A DNA stretch of 64,000 bases from an uncultured cyanobacterium. GTDB taxonomy: Bacteria > Cyanobacteriota > Cyanobacteriia > Cyanobacteriales > Nostocaceae. How positions within the stretch are numbered: the first letter of the stretch is position 1; every line of letters begins with the position of its first letter. Made by a program: the position numbers and the translations under genes. The notes below the pieces were generated by a model that was given only the letters and a program-made list of their open reading frames with translations, was not told the origin of the DNA and did not search any database. The DNA is taken from NCBI GenBank assembly GCA_963706595.1, contig OY970166.1, positions 2,176,001-2,240,000 of the forward strand. Reading direction: 5' to 3'. Below, in pieces: positions 60,056-64,000 of this stretch.

Positions 60056-60176
60056 TAGTCATTAGTCATTGGTCATTTGTCATTTGTCATTAGGAAATTA
60101 CCGTCTTCTGCCCCCTGCCCCCTGCCCCCTGCCCCCCTGCCTCTTCTCCCTACTCCCCACTCCCCATTCCCATTCC

Positions 60177-60699
60177 CTAAAGATTTTGGCGACGAAATTC
60201 AGCAGGAGAGACACCCATCGGTTTTTCTGGGTTCCAGATGCCTTTTCCCATGAGTCTAGCCCATTGTTGGGCGCGTTCCAAGCGCTGGTCATATTTGTGA
60301 TTAGGCGATCGCCCCACAAAGATCGCATATCCTTGTTTAAGGATTTCTTCATTCAATAACTGCTGATCTTTCCACACATAAGCCAAAGTCCGACCAATTT
60401 TATCTTTGTTTGACACATCAAATTCCATAATTACGGTTTTTTCTTGATCACCAATCAACTTGGCTAAAACTTCTCTAGACTCATCTCCCCAAGGACGCTG
60501 ACCAAAATCTGGTGCATCAAGACCAACTAACCGGACGCGAGAAATCAAATTTGGTTGTTCAGCCATACCCAAAACTTCCAAACTTTGCCCACTGACTACC
60601 CGCGCCACCTTCACCTCAACCTGATTGCTTGCAGTCTGATTATTAGCTTGACAACTCACCAGCAACAACAAGCAACCCAAAAGGACAATTTTCCTCACT
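60177..60699 (-). CDS. Thermonuclease (SNase-like) lipoprotein
   Basis: Lipobox LVSC, VRLVGLDAP, DKIGRTLAYV, KGIW; start approximate. Confidence 0.85.
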
Positions 60700-60774
60700 A
60701 AGACATCAAAACAACCCTTTGCGTCTACTCTGCGAGATCGCGGAGCGCGATTGCGCCTTTGCGTGAACAAAATC

Positions 60775-61143
60775 TTAATCCTCATCTAACGGTAAACCCG
60801 CCTTCACCTTACCCCTGGCAAAATAGCGCCCAAACTGCAACTCATAAACCTCATCCTCATCTTGAGTTTCCACCTCCAAATCAGAACGAGCGTAACTCAC
60901 ACATAACAAAGCGTAACCTTGGCGGCGTAACGCAGGCGATAACCCAATCGCCTCCGGTTGGTAAATTTCTCCAGATATCACCCGCACAGCACAAGTCGTA
61001 CAAGCCCCATTCCGGCAAGAAAACGGCAGTTCTTCCCCTTGGTGTTCAATGCTGTGGAGAATGTAGCGGTCATCTGGAACTTGGAGACTGTATTCTTCGC
61101 CTGTAGCGCGATCGCGGACTTTAATCGTATATTTCTGAGACAT
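60775..61143 (-). CDS. 2Fe-2S ferredoxin with C-terminal extension
   Basis: CRNGACTTC...LLC; YELQFGRYF tail. Confidence 0.94.
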   Translation of the reverse strand: MSQKYTIKVRDRATGEEYSLQVPDDRYILHSIEHQGEELPFSCRNGACTTCAVRVISGEIYQPEAIGLSPALRRQGYALLCVSYARSDLEVETQDEDEVYELQFGRYFARGKVKAGLPLDED

Positions 61144-61248
61144 CTTGATTTAGATTGAGAATGTGAGCTTTCAGCTTTAATTTAATCAGATTAATTATAT
61201 AGTTGCATTTTCTAAGATTTCATAGTATGCTTATAAATCGTTGCCCCT

Positions 61249-61335
61249 GGAGAGGTGGCCGAGTGGTTGAAGGCGCAGACCTGGAAAGTCTGTTATGCGG
61301 GAACGTATACGAGGGTTCGAATCCCTCCCTCTCCG
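61249..61335 (+). tRNA. trnS: tRNA-Ser (anticodon GGA)
   Basis: GGAGAGG acceptor, CAGAC-CTGGAAA-GTCTG anticodon arm, long variable arm, GTTCGAATC. Confidence 0.97.
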
Positions 61336-61451
61336 TTTTAACAGTTATCAGTGAACAGTTATCAGTTATCAAAGATAATTGTCTTGAAGTCCCAATAGTG
61401 GTTTTCTTCAACCTTGATAACTGTTTACTGACCACTGTACACTGATTTAAA

Positions 61452-62228
61452 ATGCCCCTAGAACTGCAAAATCTCACTGGTGGTTATACCGCATTACCCA
61501 TTATCCAAGACATTAACCTATCCCTACAAACAGGAGAATGGTTAAGTTTAGTTGGTGCTAATGGTTCTGGTAAATCTACAGTCCTGAAATTACTCAGTCG
61601 GATTCTTTCCCCACAGCAAGGCACAGTATTACTTGATGGTAAAGCCATTCATTCTCAGCCTCCTCATATAGTGGCACAGAAATTGGCATTGTTACCGCAA
61701 CAACAAACAGTTCCTGTGGGCTTAACAGTGCGCCAATTAGTCAGTTTAGGACGCACCCCCCATCAACCTTGGTGGCAATGGGAATTAAACATTGAAGACC
61801 GGAAAAAAGTTGAAGCCGCAATTCAAGAAACGCAACTAGAAAAATTAAGCGATCGCCTCGTCGAACAACTTTCTGGTGGTGAAAGACAACGGGCTTTTTT
61901 AGCCTTAGCACTAGCCCAAGAACCCAAAGTATTACTATTAGATGAACCCACTACTTATTTAGACATCAACTATCAATTACAACTCTTAGAACTGCTGAAA
62001 AATCTCAACCAGCAGCAGAATTTAACCATTGTCACAGTTTTACACGAATTAAATTTAGCCGCCCGTTATAGTTCCCGCATCGCCTTATTAAAACAAGGTC
62101 GTTTATGGGAAGTTGGTACACCCGAAGCCGTTCTCACACCCAACTTCATCGCCCAAGTTTTTGGTGTAGAATCCGTGATTATTCACACCCCTGTTGGTTT
62201 ACAAGTTTGTGCAATTTCTGCTGTTTAA
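61452..62228 (+). CDS. Iron-siderophore/cobalamin ABC ATP-binding subunit (FecE/BtuD-like)
   Basis: GANGSGKS, LSGGERQR, LDEPTTYLD, LHELNLA. Confidence 0.92.
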   Translation: MPLELQNLTGGYTALPIIQDINLSLQTGEWLSLVGANGSGKSTVLKLLSRILSPQQGTVLLDGKAIHSQPPHIVAQKLALLPQQQTVPVGLTVRQLVSLGRTPHQPWWQWELNIEDRKKVEAAIQETQLEKLSDRLVEQLSGGERQRAFLALALAQEPKVLLLDEPTTYLDINYQLQLLELLKNLNQQQNLTIVTVLHELNLAARYSSRIALLKQGRLWEVGTPEAVLTPNFIAQVFGVESVIIHTPVGLQVCAISAV

Positions 62229-62285
62229 ATATTTGTTTAATTTAAAAAAAATATATATTATTTCAAAGCCCCTCCTCGCTGGCGG

Positions 62286-63906
62286 CTATCCATTACCCAC
62301 ATCTTTCTTAACATGGCTGTAAAGCAGACTGTGTGGGGATGACATAGCTTCCATGAGAGGGGATGGTTGACAAACTAGACAAAACATGAAAATGAATATA
62401 TCTATATTGGGATGCGATCGTTAACCAGAAACATCAGATGGGGAGTGGGAATGGAGAAGTTTCCAGGTAGCGGCGATATCGTGTAATCGCCGTAAACCCC
62501 GCCAAATAGTTTTAACTCCCGGCTCACCATCTCCCTTGCGAGCCAGAAAGCCGCCGAGAGTGGCAATCATTCGCACCGCTTCTCGTAAAGATGGAGGTTT
62601 TTTTGGTGGGGTGGGATTTTTGTTGACAGTGGCACATAAAGATTGCCATTCATCAGTTTCTAAAACAGCATCAGAGGATAAATCAGGGTGAACTCGTGAG
62701 GAGTAAGTTAGCCATAATAAACGCCAAGCGACAACAGAATAAGTGGCTAGTGCCATATTGATGCGGTCAGCAGTGGACAATTGTAATTGTTCAATTCTAC
62801 ACCCACTCTTTAGAGTGTAATGATAGCGTTCTATCAACCAACGATAGGTGTACCATTGCACACAACGCGCGGCATCTTCTAAGTTATGAATCTCAAGGCT
62901 GGTGAGCAATAACCAACTAATAGGATTGACTCCGGGTGGTGGATGATCTTCTGATGCCAGAATTACTTGTAACTTGACAGGTTTTAGCTGTGAACGCCCG
63001 ATGTGATGTAATGGGACTTGGATATCAACACTAGTGAATCGAATTGTAAGTATCGCTTTTCTAGCACTATGTTCTGGACTGCGTTTGACCTCTGCTGTCA
63101 GTGTTCCATTGGGTTCAATTTGGCGGATTGCAAGATGTAGATATTTCGCACAATGGTCAACTTTGCGGTTGTGAGTCCCACGAATTAACAAATGGGAATT
63201 TTCTGAACGTTTGAGATTAAATAAGTCAAATATGTCTGCTTCTGAGTCACCTATTGTCACCACTTGAATCTCTGATGGGACTGAGCTTTGTGTGACTTCT
63301 AATCCATCTAACCAGCGCTGACTTTCTTTTAAAAGTGTTTCCCTTTGACGACGTTTTTTCGCTATGCCCAAATTTTCAGGTGGTCTAGCCCATACCTGCT
63401 GTTCAATAATTCCTAACGGCACTCCATTACTTGTGGCAGCAAATGTTGAATGTACTTTCAATCCTGATGATTGACGATGGTCAAGATAACCCACACCTTT
63501 AGTTTTGGGGTGGTCTGTTAAATCTATGTTTGTTGTGTCTTGAATCGCTAAGACTATTTGATGTTCTTTGATTCTTTCGATTGTGCTATTTATATGCCCT
63601 TGACGAATTTCACTGGCGGGAAAATATGGTGATTTCCAAAAGTTATATGCCGCTTTGGTTGCTGCCATATTTCCGCTCGCTTGTGGTACGCTGCTATCCG
63701 GCTGTGCGGCTAAGTCCTCTACTATCTTGATTAACCGCTTGTTTCGACGAAGGTCTCCTAGGTCTACCCCAGACAGTTCCTTGGCTGCCCACTTTTCCAT
63801 GATTCCATTACCCGATTCTGTTCTCTCCACACTATACTTAGCAAGCTTTTTCCCTTTATATTAAGTATCTTGTTGGATTGTTAAGAAAGATGCGGGTAAT
63901 GGATAG
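62286..63906 (-). mobile_element. IS4-family (IS50/Tn5 subgroup) insertion sequence
   Basis: 28-bp TIRs CTATCCATTACCC(A/G)CATCTTTCTTAACA at 62286-62313 and 63879-63906; no TSD. Confidence 0.93.
62421..63830 (-). CDS. IS4/Tn5-like transposase
   Basis: LGDLRRNKRL, QDTT, GDSEADI, YTYRWLIERYH..LK (YREK), LGGFLARKGDGEPG. Confidence 0.96.
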   Translation of the reverse strand: MERTESGNGIMEKWAAKELSGVDLGDLRRNKRLIKIVEDLAAQPDSSVPQASGNMAATKAAYNFWKSPYFPASEIRQGHINSTIERIKEHQIVLAIQDTTNIDLTDHPKTKGVGYLDHRQSSGLKVHSTFAATSNGVPLGIIEQQVWARPPENLGIAKKRRQRETLLKESQRWLDGLEVTQSSVPSEIQVVTIGDSEADIFDLFNLKRSENSHLLIRGTHNRKVDHCAKYLHLAIRQIEPNGTLTAEVKRSPEHSARKAILTIRFTSVDIQVPLHHIGRSQLKPVKLQVILASEDHPPPGVNPISWLLLTSLEIHNLEDAARCVQWYTYRWLIERYHYTLKSGCRIEQLQLSTADRINMALATYSVVAWRLLWLTYSSRVHPDLSSDAVLETDEWQSLCATVNKNPTPPKKPPSLREAVRMIATLGGFLARKGDGEPGVKTIWRGLRRLHDIAATWKLLHSHSPSDVSG

Positions 63907-64000
63907 TTACTAAGGAGAGGGGTTTGGGGTGGGGTAATTCTTTCCTTGATAAGAAAAAAATTTTATTAAGATTTAGTTTCCTGTGTCTGCGCGTCAATAA

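Noticed and set aside
61203..61477. ORFs overlapping tRNA-Ser; possible att site or prophage at either tRNA
   Set aside because: Shadow ORFs; no duplicated tRNA 3' end, integrase or phage genes seen.

Overview
A 64-kb chromosomal window from a filamentous cyanobacterium, most likely Nostocales, judged from abundant HIP1 (GCGATCGC), heptameric STRR tracts, SDR-type inserts in HIP1 sites and an NtcA promoter. The backbone is housekeeping: smc, mgtE, trhO, mscL, ggt, an osmoprotectant ABC transporter, moeB, hisZ, ferredoxins, tRNA-Ala(UGC) and tRNA-Ser(GGA). Three accessory regions stand out. (1) A 9.6-kb sulfated-polysaccharide glycosyltransferase cluster sits in the 3' end of smc, bounded by a ~200-bp duplication of that end, with no integrase. 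(2) A ~9-kb RiPP-like locus (25.2-33.8 kb) carries a PqqD/RRE protein with its own lasso-leader-like C-terminal tail, an HprK-related kinase, one intact and one catalytically degenerate nucleotidyltransferase, three GT2s, a TPR/GT-like protein, and remnants of an ABC exporter, an FkbM methyltransferase and an epimerase. No lasso cyclase or protease is present in the window. This is the best candidate for an undescribed system. (3) Nested mobile DNA targets palindromic repeats: IS630 in a tandem MITE array, MITEs with 10-bp TSDs, an IS605-like non-autonomous element and an IS50-like IS4. All calls were made by eye from motifs; no database searches were run.
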